Origin: Felis catus
Lineage: Eukaryota
Length of the DNA: 64,000 bases
Reading direction: 5' to 3'
NCBI RefSeq assembly: GCF_018350175.1
Contig: NC_058368.1
Span: 236,842,001 to 236,906,000, forward strand
Under the pieces are notes generated by a model, which was not told the origin of the DNA, did not search any database, and worked only from the letters and a program-made list of their open reading frames with translations. This document shows, in pieces, positions 1 to 10,934 of this stretch. Within the stretch, counting starts at the first letter, position 1. Each line of letters starts with the position of its first letter. The position numbers and the translations under genes were made by a program.

Positions 1-1000
1 CGACAACCTGTCGACACCGGCTCGCAGCTGTCGGACCCTGGGCTCTGCTGTTTTCCAAGCCGAGCTGTGACTGCTCTTTCAGGAAGACGTCTCGGCGCCT
101 GATTCTCCGCCGTTGGGGCGGCGGGGCCGGGGCTGGGCGGGTGACAGCCGGTGGGGGGGGGGTGGAGGGGGACGGCCCTCTCCTCCCCACCCCCGCCCCC
201 AAGGCCGGCGCTGCCTTGGCCTCCCCCGGACCCCTGGGCAGAAGTGCACCCCGGTGCCCGGGCTGCGCCACCGAGCCTGGCGTGGCGTGACACCGTGACG
301 CGGGTGTGGCGTCCGCGTGGCCCCCGCCCGGCAGTGACCGGCCTCGCTGCACCTGGAGAAGCGGGAAGCGGCCGAGCTCTGCGGGCTTCTCCGTTCGTGA
401 AAACTTTGAGAAAGGGCAGCTGAGAAGCCAGTTCAAGGGGACAAACAGATGCCATCCACAGTGACAGGTTCTTGAAGGTGGTGGCGGGCAGGGGGTGGGG
501 AGACCTTTTCTTTGCAGGAGAATCACCGTTGCAGCGGGAGGGAAAAGTCTCGTCCCCATCCCCGCGAGGGGAGAAGCTAAGCTAAGAGTGGCCAGTGGCC
601 GGGGGGGTGGGGGGGCGGCTCGTTCGTCCACTAGGTGCGCACAGGCGGGAAGCAAACTTGCGGGAAGAGCGCCGGCCCGAGGCGGCGGCGCCGAGAACCC
701 GGGGACAGGCCGTCCCTCCTCCCCTGCCCGGCCTCTTCATCCTCGGCCCCTGGGGAAGAACAAGCAGCGAACCGCTGCGGGATGGCTCCAGGTCCGCGCG
801 CGGCCCTCCTGGCCTCCCGGTGCACGGGACGGGTCCGCCAGCCCGCGTCTGCCACACGCTCGCCGGCTCCGTCCTGGCGTCCCGCGTAGGGAGTTGCCCA
901 GGGTGCTCGCCTCCGTTCCCGGGACACTTTTCGTCCTGTCTCCTATGAAGCAGCCGGAGCCTGGTGCGCACTCCCCGCTGTGGCGCACGGACACACTGGA
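1..1000. promoter_or_regulatory. CpG island, probably continuing left of the window
   Basis: Very high GC with dense CpG (cgcg, gcggc, ccgg), GC boxes and G-runs; no interspersed repeats. Confidence 0.8.
85..99 (-). promoter_or_regulatory. Candidate BMP-response element (Smad1/5 + Smad4 composite)
   Basis: Plus strand AGAC-gtctc-GGCGCC equals minus strand GGCGCC-N5-GTCT, the canonical spacing. Motif match only. Confidence 0.45.
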
Positions 1001-1235
1001 CCCCACAGCAATTTCACCCCAACACTTGGGGGTGAGCCTTGGTCTGGCCCAGTTCGGGAGCCCCGAGTGGAGTGCAGCTGGTGACCTGGGCCGCCGGCAC
1101 CCTGGACCCCGACCTGTCCCCCATCTCCTAGTTCCAGTTGCCAGCAGCATCATGGAGGCCCAGGGACTCTTGCAGAATCGGGAAGGCTCCCGCTGACCCA
1201 GTTTGGGACCTGAGGACAGACACGGGGAGCCTCCG

Positions 1236-1320
1236 CCTATAATTAACAACAATAACGCCCATAATAGTAATTACTAATTACCAGCTGCATAATCAGGCTT
1301 CAATTTCTCTGCTCAGTCAG
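1236..1320. promoter_or_regulatory. AT-rich homeodomain-site cluster (candidate enhancer)
   Basis: Abrupt AT-rich block in GC-rich DNA with repeated TAATTA/TAAT, AACAAT and CAGCTG. Confidence 0.45.
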
Positions 1321-3399
1321 GGTTTTCTTTCTGTTCGTGCTGTCCCTTTGCCCCCCACCCCGCCTTTACCCCCCACCCCACTCAGCTAACCAGCCCTTGC
1401 TGGCTACAGAAACTCCCTGCAACTGCCTGGGCACCTCTCCTGCTTTGGCACAGAATCCCGGGCCCTGGAGGTGAGCGCTAACCACTCCCAATCCCGGAAG
1501 TCACTAACTGGCAGCTTCTTCCCGCCCCCAGCCCACCACTTCCGCCTGCCAGACATCTCTCCCCTGCATCCCAAACAAACGGATGGGCCAGCCCCACTAC
1601 TGTCTTGTTTGGCAAACTCCAGTGTCACATTTCAGGCCGACAGGTAAATACAGGTGAGATAAGCCCTCTTCTGTGACCTGGAGAGCAGGTGGAATTGTAA
1701 GCCCAGAGACACTTGTGAGTGTCAGGATTCAGCCACACAGACTGATAGCCTCCTTATCACTCCCCCCCACCCCAAGCAGCCCACTTCAGTTGTACTGAAG
1801 CCATCAGAACCTGGGGGGGGGGGGGGCGGCAGACTTTGTCCTGACCCCTGTCGCCTGCTGTGCCCTCCCTGTATCACCTCCATTTGGGTTATGAAATGAT
1901 AGTTGGTTCTGGAAGACATCAGGGAGGCCTGTTGACTTCCCCCAGGAAGCTCTAGAAAGGTGCCCTAGTGGTGACTGTGACCATTCCCCAGGCAGGGCCA
2001 GGGCTGGACCCCAGCGGAAACTGGGCCTGATCCCGGATCACCCCCTCCCTTCCTTCTCTGAGTTTACCCAAAAATTTGCAAGGGGAAGACTAGGAAACAA
2101 CCTGGACAAAAGGAGAAGGAGGGGGAGGGGAAGAAGAAAAAGAAAACTGCCTCCAAACCTTCCCAGTGGAGAGGAGGCTAGACAGGGAAGGATCCAGAAC
2201 TTCCTGCCTCAGCATCCCCATGGGGAGTGTCATCTCTTCAGCCAGGTCTCTAATCCTTTTCAGCATCAAATAGTTAGTGGGGGGCGGTGGGGGGGGGTGG
2301 GTAGCTGAGAACAGAAGACCCAGGGTGCCTGAGCCTGGACCTTGGGCCTGACTGGAATATCTGCTTAAAAAGATTCCAGAACTTTCCCCAAAGAAGAGGA
2401 TGTCCTGGCTCACTTGCTCAGGCTCAGCTCCAGCCTTCCTGGGATCCTGGTCATCCCACTGATGGTGCAGAGGCACTGGCAAATAGGAGGGCCGGGCGGG
2501 GTCCTTTGCAAGCGGACACCTTCCCAGACCCTCAGCCACTGTGCCTGCCTTGCAAAGGGTGGCTCAGGCAGGCCCCACTGCTGGTGTGGAGGCCTAGCTG
2601 GGTCTGAGCCGCCCACTTCCTCGTGGCCGGCCCCAGGATACTGGACACTGAGCCAGAGGCAGGACCTCGGAGCGGTACAAAGCCAGATCTAGGGGTGGCT
2701 GCGTGGCCTAATGGGAGCCCCAACTGGTCAACTCCCATCTCTGGTCCACGAGGGAGCACTAGGAGACGCTTTCCCAGACCCTTGGCAGTTGGACCCGGTC
2801 ATGGGCACGACCACACAGAGCTGGGCAGAGGCAGTTGGCCAGGGCCCTCTGGCTGGAAAGCCAAGACCTTCAGCGCCCCCCCCCCCCCCCGCCACCTCCC
2901 CGCTGGGACCTGGGCCTCTGGATGCACCTGTGGGTGTGCAGGGCATGGCTCTGGAGGAAGGGGACTCTGGGGACTGGGAAGAGAGAAAGGCCCTGAGTCC
3001 CAAGTGTGCTGGGGGGAGGGAGGAAGGAGAATTGATGAAAATAGGATTTTGGATAACTTGGCTTTTAAACCGGCTTCAAGTCCTGATGGGAAGTTCACTT
3101 GCTGTGTCATTAGGTTGGGGAGGGGGGAGTTGTTTTCTAAATAGGAGGGGATTGTTATCACTGTTCCGAAAAGAGAAGATCTTTTGTTTTTCTCCCGCCC
3201 TGGCCCCTGGGCCCCTCGGTAATGCTTAGGTTCAGCTTGCTACCCTACCCAACCCCTTTATATTTGCATGAGAATAAGATTGAACAAACCACACGGCACC
3301 CCCATTTACAACTGTATTTCTTCCGAAATAATTCTCCACTGATTTTCCGGCTCCACGGACCCAGGTCTCTGAAGAAGAGGAGAGAGCCGCTGAGGAACC

Positions 3400-4850
3400 G
3401 CCCCACTCCCAGGAGCCATCATGGGGACCTGCCCTTGGCGCCTGGGATGGGGGCGACCTTAGCCCAGTGTCAGGGATGCAGCGGGAGGGAGGGGGGGCGC
3501 GGCGGCCCAGTGGTCTGCCCTTCGAAATGGCCATTCCTTCCGATGCAGATGGCGGGGCGGCCACGCAGGGCGGCAGCTCGGTGGCAGGGCTTGGCGGCCT
3601 GACCTGGCCCGCGCCCCGGACCGGCCCTGCCTTCCGCCCAGACGCGCGCCGCCTGATTTATGAGTCTTGTTAAATCCTCATTAGACTCTGCACCTTTCTC
3701 CGGCAGGACCCAGGAAGCCGCCCCGCTCGGCGACGGCGAGGCGAGTGGCAAGCAGTCCCAGGCAGCGGCCGAGAAGCGCCCAGGACCGCAGGGCCGTAAC
3801 CGGGTGCCCTTGGGCGCCAGGCGGGGACCGGAGCGGGGCGGCTGCGGCGATCCCCGTGCCCTGGGGGCCTGGCCTGCTCTCTGCTGCCGCGTCAGGGCCA
3901 GGCCCGCGCCGGGTCAAGAGCGGCACCTGTGAGCGCCCCGAAAGCGAGGGCCTGGGGACCTCGCTGCGGATGCGCTGCGGTGGGACCAGAGCGGGGCCGG
4001 CGGGAGGCGACTCCAGGAAAACCCGGGAAAGAAAACACCCGGAAGGCGCCCCGGGATGGTCTGAAGCTCGCAGCAGTGCCCGCAGAGCAGGTGCCGGGAT
4101 GCAGCCGGGGCTCGGGTCCCGGACTGTGGCGGCGGGAGACCAGCGAGACCAGCGGCCCAGCGCGCGGAGCTCCGGGACCGGCGGCAGGAGGAGAAGAAGG
4201 GCCCGCAGTCACCTGGCCTGGCGTGCGATGTCGCCATCCCCGAGCGTCGGAGGAAGTGAATTACATGCGTGTGCACACACGTAAATATTTTATAAGCCTC
4301 CCCTTAATTAACCAAATCATTTCCATTATGCCTCCAATGTGATCAACAGCAGCGGTGTGAGGGTTTTCAGGGCTTATAATTCGATGTCACCAGACGGTCG
4401 CTCGGGGGCAGAGGTACAATCGCGGAGCCAGCTGCACTTGTATTTATTTGTTTTTCTACCGTGTTCCTGTAGGGCTCCATTATGCAGTTTTTAATTAGTT
4501 TGTGTTTGTATTTCACCCGTCCCAAATCAATGCCATCCCGGAGCAAGGCGATGTAAATTCTCGCAGTACAGGTGTAGCTGCTGGCTTGGGAACACTCGGA
4601 AACACGCGTCTGACAAATGAGAGCGGGCGCCACACAGCCCACTGTCGGCTCCTGGCAGCCAAGAGGCGCAGACCAAAGCCAGCGGGGACTTGTGCGCCCC
4701 TGTGAGCGCCAAGCCCGCGTGCTGGGTTCCTAATTCCAGTAGAGGGAGCCGCACAGAGCAAGGCGTGGGGGGCAAAGTGACTTTTCATTTTGCCCGAGTC
4801 CTGCGGTCCTTGGGCCTAGTGGGCGAGGCTGGAGCCCGCGTGCAATTATC
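3400..4850. promoter_or_regulatory. Second CpG island with embedded AT-rich motif blocks
   Basis: Dense CpG and high GC. Contains TGATTTAT (3654-3661), TTAATTAA (4304-4311) and TTAATTAG (4491-4498). Confidence 0.75.
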
Positions 4851-5059
4851 CTAGCTCCCCCCCGGAAGATCACTGTGGCACCTGTCGGGTTCCGTGGAGC
4901 CTTTTAACAGGACCCAAGGCAGACAGCCCGAATTTCTGGAATCTCCAGGCATGAGGACCGCCTCCCCACGCCCCCGCCCCCTTGTGCTGGCTGTCTCTTC
5001 CTTCTTGAAATGACCTCTGTGGAGTGCCTGTAAATCTATCCCTCCAGCCACGGGGGAAT

Positions 5060-5340
5060 TCTTTTAAAGCTTTCTTTTTTGTCAGGAATAAGAGATTGTT
5101 CATCTTTAACTAGACCACATAGAAATTATGATTCAACAGCAGTGTGTATTTAATTAGAGTAATCTCACTTGAATTTAATTACCTAATGAATTATTTGTTT
5201 AAAAGGTAGAATGTCTTGTTTGCCAAGTGCGGTGCAGACCTCCGATAAGAACTTCTGTTATAAGGACATTACAGCTTAAAAGCAGTCATGTGTTAAGGTT
5301 TATATTTTAACTCCTTGAGTGTGTAACTGTTAACTGTTAA
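5060..5340. promoter_or_regulatory. AT-rich homeodomain-site cluster (candidate enhancer)
   Basis: TAATTA at 5151 and 5176, TAATCT at 5160 and TAAT-GA-ATTA at 5184-5193; non-repetitive sequence. Confidence 0.45.
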
Positions 5341-6369
5341 CGTGCTACTCGCACAAAAGCTCTGATACGGAAGGGTGCCGGGAGAGCACGCACAGATTCT
5401 GTTCTGTGCCCACATCCTTTTGGAAATTGGCATCCTCTACCTTGCCACCTGAGCCTATTTTTAAACTTCCTGCATTTTGCTTTCAGTGACACTTTCCTTT
5501 TTTCTGCTGCACGATGACAGCTGTCTATTAGAGGGCTCATTTTATGATTAGTATTTGCAATGAAGGGCACATCCTTCAGCAAAACTCCCGCCCAGCTCCA
5601 CTGTGTCCCAGAGGCACCCACAATAGCAGCAGGAAGCCTTTCTGGGCTCATCAAACCTCATGGGAATGGAAGGTACCAAGGCCCAGACTTTGACCTTAAC
5701 CCTTCATTCCTAAACCATGGAAGAATCTCCTTGCCTCTTGGTTTCCAAAAGCAAGAGCCCAGAACTCTAGGCCACGCCACCCTTTCTGGGAGGCTCACAA
5801 GTTGACTCGTCTCTCGGTAATGCTAACGATTTTTGCAGCTAATGCCAAGTTCGAAATCCCAGCCAAGGGAGGAGGGTGACGTGCTGGAAGTCTAACATGA
5901 TTTCTGTGTTTTTCTGTGGCTAAGTGACTACAGGAGCAGACTGCTTCTCCTCCTCTATCCCGTGTGATGGACAGAATCGTCTGTCCCTGTGTGATGGAAT
6001 TTCAGCAGAGGAATGAATGGATAGGGTGAGGGAGGCAGCAGGAAATGTTTCGCCCACTCACTGAAGAGAGACCAGGAAATAAGAACGCCTGAAATCTGCT
6101 GGATTGAATTCCACTGTCATTTTCATTAATATTTCATCAATCAAATAATTTACTTTAATTGCAGATTCGGGCACTATTATCACATAAATATTAAATAGTA
6201 TTAATATAGTGTCCATCTAAGTAAGAATGAGCTTATAAGAAAGTACAACACGTTGATAAGAATTGTTAATTTCTTGTTTCTTTCCTGTATCCCTGATGTG
6301 TATCATAACTGTGCATTTTGCAGTTGGGTGTCCCAACAACCAATAGCGGTTAAATTGTAATATAAATTT

Positions 6370-6588
6370 GGGACTCCTGCGTGGCTCAGTCGATGAAGCG
6401 TCCGACCCTGGCTCAGGTCATGATCTCAAGGTTCGTGAGTTTGAGCCCCGCGTCGGGCTCTGTGCTGACAGCTCAGAGCCTGGAGCCTGCTTCGGATTCT
6501 GTGTCCCCCTCTCTGTCTGCCCCTCCCTCACTCGCACTCTGTCCCTCTCTGTCTCTCAAAAATAAACATTAAAAAAATTACAAAAAAT
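6370..6588 (+). mobile_element. Can-SINE (SINEC_Fc-like)
   Basis: gtggctcagtcg head, caggtcatgatctc, gagccccgcgtcgggctctgtgctgacagc body, (CT)n tract, AATAAA and A tail. Confidence 0.95.
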
Positions 6589-8104
6589 ATCATATAAACT
6601 TAATCACATTCAACGATGGCTACAGGTAGTACCTTTCTTCCAAAAGAACCAGATGTACGTGAACACATCTTTTAAACTTATTTATGAATTTACTTTGCAT
6701 ATTCTTCCAAATAACAACTGACAGTAAGAACCAGAAAGGACGTGAGATAATAGCTGAGGAATGATAATACGTTTCTCAGATCTAAGCAAATCCAAAGATG
6801 ATTTGCTAGTAAAACCCTCAAAGGGAGTGATATGTGTGGGAAGGAAAAAGGTGAAAACAGTAAATGGCATCTTTATGTTTGACTCTTCAAGAACTGTTTG
6901 AAATTTAGACCAGACCGTCTTCTACCTCCCATGACTTCCTATCAGCCCTCAATCACTTATATTATAAAAGATTAAACCTACCTACTAGAAATACCTTTTA
7001 GAAGTATCAGTTGACAAATATCCACCCACACAACATCCGAGGCGGAAAGTGTTGTGCATTCAGGGTTTGGAAAAACGTGTGCCCCAGAAGTCACTGGTGG
7101 AGAGGTTAAAATCTGTTCCCTTAAGGGACATCAGTGGAACAAAAATGCCCAACAGGGGACGCTCCGGGAGTTCAGGAGAAGGTTTCTCAGAGGTTCAGAA
7201 GATTCATGGGATCCACCAGCATTTTCCAGGACTGTTCTGGTAGAAAAACAAAATCCGAGGTATGAAATCGGTCTAAGGGAGGAAAGAGAAAACATCCCTA
7301 GACGGAAGGTCCCTGACATGCTCTCGCTCCGACGTCTCCTTCCACCTTACTGACACCAAGGCTGTCTCCAGAGCAGCCAGAGGTTGTGATTCTTGGCCGG
7401 GTCCGTCCCTCCTCTCCCGTGCAAGAGAAACAAGAAGGATCATGAGGCTTCAGGCCTTTCTGGCCCCCAGTGTTGTACCACCTTCAAGTGTGTGTCAATG
7501 TGGAAGGTGGTGATGGCTTGGTGGCTCTTCTCCCCGACACATTTCCAGAAGACACTTTGACCCAGAGGACGCGACACCCCCGCGACCAAGAAGGAGGCCG
7601 ATCTGGGCAAAACCCCAGAGTCAGGAAGTGTCTTTTCTCTAACTTCTGAATCCCTGTAGGTGCCCTTCCTTCCCGTGCCCCCCAGCTCCTGAAGGCCTCG
7701 CGCTGATGAAAGCTGCCAAGACCCATCTTCCCTGCCCCCCACCCTCCAGTGAAAACCCACATGGCTTGTGGCCCAGTCCTGGGAGTAAGCTGAGTGATTG
7801 GCAGGCTAATCATAGCTCCTAATTGGACCTAGAGTGCTTGTTAACTGACAGTGATAGGTGAACTCAGTCTTTTGCACAGAGAATATTTACATTTTAATAT
7901 GGGACCTTCAGTGCACTGACCCAAAGCCCCCAGGACAGAGGAGCCCCATGCGCTGAATGGGGGGGTGGGGGGGTGGGGGGGCAGAGGTTTCACTTCTTTG
8001 AAGGAAGGAAGGTCTAACATCCTTTTGGCCAAAGATTGTTCTTTCTCAGATGCAGCCAATGGCAGAACCAAGCTTAGAAAAGGTCTTGAGAATATTGCTC
8101 GACT

Positions 8105-8498
8105 TTTCACGCTGCTCAGTTATCATAACAAAACACCACAGACTCACCTTCAACCAGGAAGGTTTATCTTCTCACAGCGCTGGAGGCTGGGAGTCCATGA
8201 TTGAGATGTCACAGGTTTGGTTTCTCCGGAGGCCTCTCTCTTTGCTGTGCAGACACCCCCTTCTGTCTGTGTCCTCACATGGCCTCTCCTCTGTGCCCAC
8301 ACCGCTGATGTCTCAGTGCGCCAACTTCCTCCTTGTAAGGGCACCAGTCAGATTAGATCCCAGGCCACCCTACTGGCCTCATTTTAACCGAATCACATCT
8401 TTAAAGGTATAATGTCCAAATACGGTCACATTTCGATGCATTGAGGGTAAGGTCCCCAACTTGTGCATTTTAGGGGAGACACAACTCAGCCCGCAACA
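8105..8498 (-). mobile_element. MaLR solo LTR (MLT1B-like)
   Basis: cataacaaaacaccacagact...ctcacagcgctggaggctgggagtcc...ccaaatacggtcacatt...gacacaactcagcccgcaaca follows the reverse complement of the MLT1B consensus as I recall it. Confidence 0.85.
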
Positions 8499-9289
8499 CC
8501 ATCCAGGGCCACCTTCCCCCCCTTCAGCCCAAACGGCACAAGGGTTCATTAGCTAAAGCTCCGTTCATTTCTGACACAGGGACACGGCCTTCAGTCTGGG
8601 GACAAAGATCTCGTGAGAAGCCCTAAATATTCCCCCTCTTCCAAGTTAAAGAAAATGAGGTTGCCTTCATTAAAACCAAAACGCAAATAGGAAGGGGTGA
8701 GTGGGGTATCATGCTCCGTACTGTAATACTCTTTAGTGTTGGTTATTATCAAAGATTAGATTTGGCCGCCCTGAGACCGTTCAACTCTAAAAGGCCTTTC
8801 AAATTTGCACGGTTTGTAAACTGTCCAGTCAGGAAGAGACTCAGATCTGCAGTAAACACTTTTGGGAAACTGACTTTTATCCTGAGCCCCACGAGACTTC
8901 TCCTGCTTCTCTGCATTGTATCCCAGGCAGGCAGCAAGTGCAGGGCTGAGGTGGGGGGGGGGGGCGGATAACCCCGTGCGAGGAGACAGCTGCCTCCCCG
9001 TTCCATGACCAGATGCACCGTCACCCCCTCCATGCCATTTGGGGCGGGAAAGTTTCAGAGGGGTCAGTGAGGACCCGTTTCCCAGGTTTCAGAAAAGAGG
9101 AAATCTACAATAGCGGAGGCCATGATGCAGTCCGCCCGTGTCCCCCGGCTGCGGCCTGGTGTCGGCAGGTCAGGCTTTCGCCGAGAAAGAGTCACTGAGA
9201 AAGCGGACACTCGGAGTGGGACCCTGTCCCATCAGCGGCCGTGCCTCACTGCCAGCAAATGCATTATCACTATGGCGGTGAGGCGGTGG

Positions 9290-9415
9290 GAGAACATCGG
9301 TGATCATTTTACAAGCTGAAGACCGCGCGACATTATCTCCAGGGTTGAGTTAAGTGGTTTGTCTGAGGTCACTCGGCAAGTGTGTAATAAATCCGGAATT
9401 AGAACCTCGTCACGC
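9290..9415 (-). mobile_element. MIR fragment
   Basis: cattttacaagctgaaga...gttaagtggtttgtctgaggtcactcggcaagtg...ggaattagaacc resembles the MIR core. Confidence 0.55.
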
Positions 9416-10229
9416 AGTTCAGCCGTCTGCATGCTGGGCCGCGGGCAGACAGACTTGTGGATCCCTTGATGGGCCCCTGCCTCCCACCGTCCCCTTCCAA
9501 ATCCCGCAGGAGCCCCTGCTGCCCCCCTCCCTGGGCCACCTCATGGTGCAGGGGGTGGGGGGGAGGGGGGCGAGCACCAGCATCGGCTGCCCGGGCCGCC
9601 GGACCCCCCTCCCGCCCTCCTGCGCTTCTTTTTGCCCTCTGTATTCCCCCCTGCATCCCCTTAGCAAACATTTGTGCTGGGCTACTCTGAACAACGAGCT
9701 GTGAGTGAAGCAAAGACAAAGCAGACAGTGGTCTAAATAAAAATCCAAAATACGTGTCTGAGGGAAGTTAGACAGTCGGACGAACCGCGTTCGAGCACCT
9801 ACCGCAGACCGACGGCGGAAGTGCGAGTGAGGAGGGCTATGCCAGCCTCAGCCCCCCCTTCCGCCTCCACTGTGTGAAGCCGGGCCCCTGCAGGCCTCGC
9901 CTCCGTGTAGACTCCGCCAGCAGGGGGTGTGCGGCCTGGGGGGAGCTGCAGGGCGCGGCCTGCCTTGCCACCCCTCCATCACGGGCTGCTGTGACCTCAG
10001 CCCCGCCCAGAGTGCCACTTCACCTGGGAGCAGCAGGTGTGAACGGTCTGGGGGGCTGCGAGCACCCAGAGCCAGACCAGCGTGTTTCCCAGCAGCCTCT
10101 CTGCCTCGGGGAGGCCCTCGAAGTTTTCCTGTTTCGTTCCCTGGGGCCCGGGGCTGCTGCTCCCTGCGGCTCCCGCTGAGGAAGCTCCCTGGTGTCCCTG
10201 TGACCTTTCAGCCAGCCCATTGATGATGC

Positions 10230-10698
10230 GGTGTACTGGGAAAGGACAGAAACTTCTTGTCCCCCAGGTCTGGGGGTTAGAAGCCCAGGACGGAGGTGTC
10301 AGCAGGAGGCAGGGGGGCTTCCTGTGGAGACAGAGGGGGATTCTGCCACAGGCTTCCTCTCCCACCTTCCGGGGGTTTCTGGGAGACCCTTATTTATGTT
10401 CCTTGGCTTGTGAACACATCACCGCAATCTCTGCCTCCACTTTCACACCGCCTTCTCCTTGTGAGGGAGTCTGTGCCCCAATCTCCACCCACCCCCCCAT
10501 CCCCCCATCCCCTCCGCGCCCCCACCCCCTGCTTCTTTTACAAGGACACTGTTAGACCCGATCAAGGCCCAGGTAGGACCTCATCTTAATAATTACATCC
10601 GCAACGACCCTGTTTCCATATCGGGTCACGTTCTGAGACAACCAGCGTTAGGACTGTGGTGTGTGAATCTTGGGGCGGGCACAATCCAACCCGTAACA
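10230..10698 (-). mobile_element. MaLR solo LTR (MLT1C-like)
   Basis: gttccttggcttgtgaacacatcac, aaggacactg, gacctcatcttaataattacatccgcaacgaccctgtttcca and terminal caacccgtaaca. Confidence 0.8.
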
Positions 10699-10718
10699 AT
10701 GCCTCATTAAAAATTCTC

Positions 10719-10934
10719 GGGGCGCCTGGGTGGCTCAGTTGCTTAAGCGTCTGACTTCCGCTCAGGTCTTGATCTCACAGTCCGTGGGTTCGAGCCCCGC
10801 GTCGAGCTGTCAGCACAGAGCCTGGAGCCTGCTTCCGATTCTGTGTCTCCTCCTCTCTCTGCCCCTCCCCTGCTCACGCTCTGTCTCTCTCTGTCTCAAA
10901 AATAAATTAAAACATCAACAAAATTAAAAAAAAA
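10719..10934 (+). mobile_element. Can-SINE (SINEC_Fc-like) with internal rearrangement
   Basis: ggggcgcctgggtggctcag head, (CT)n tract and A-rich tail. Confidence 0.95.

Noticed and set aside
3640..3653. Second possible Smad composite site (AGAC...GCCGCC)
   Set aside because: The spacer is 4 bp, not the required 5.
113..4342. Many overlapping Pro/Arg/Gly-rich ORFs (e.g. 495-1196, 3745-4284)
   Set aside because: Stop-poor CpG-island DNA is open in several frames on both strands; no homeobox or other domain seen.
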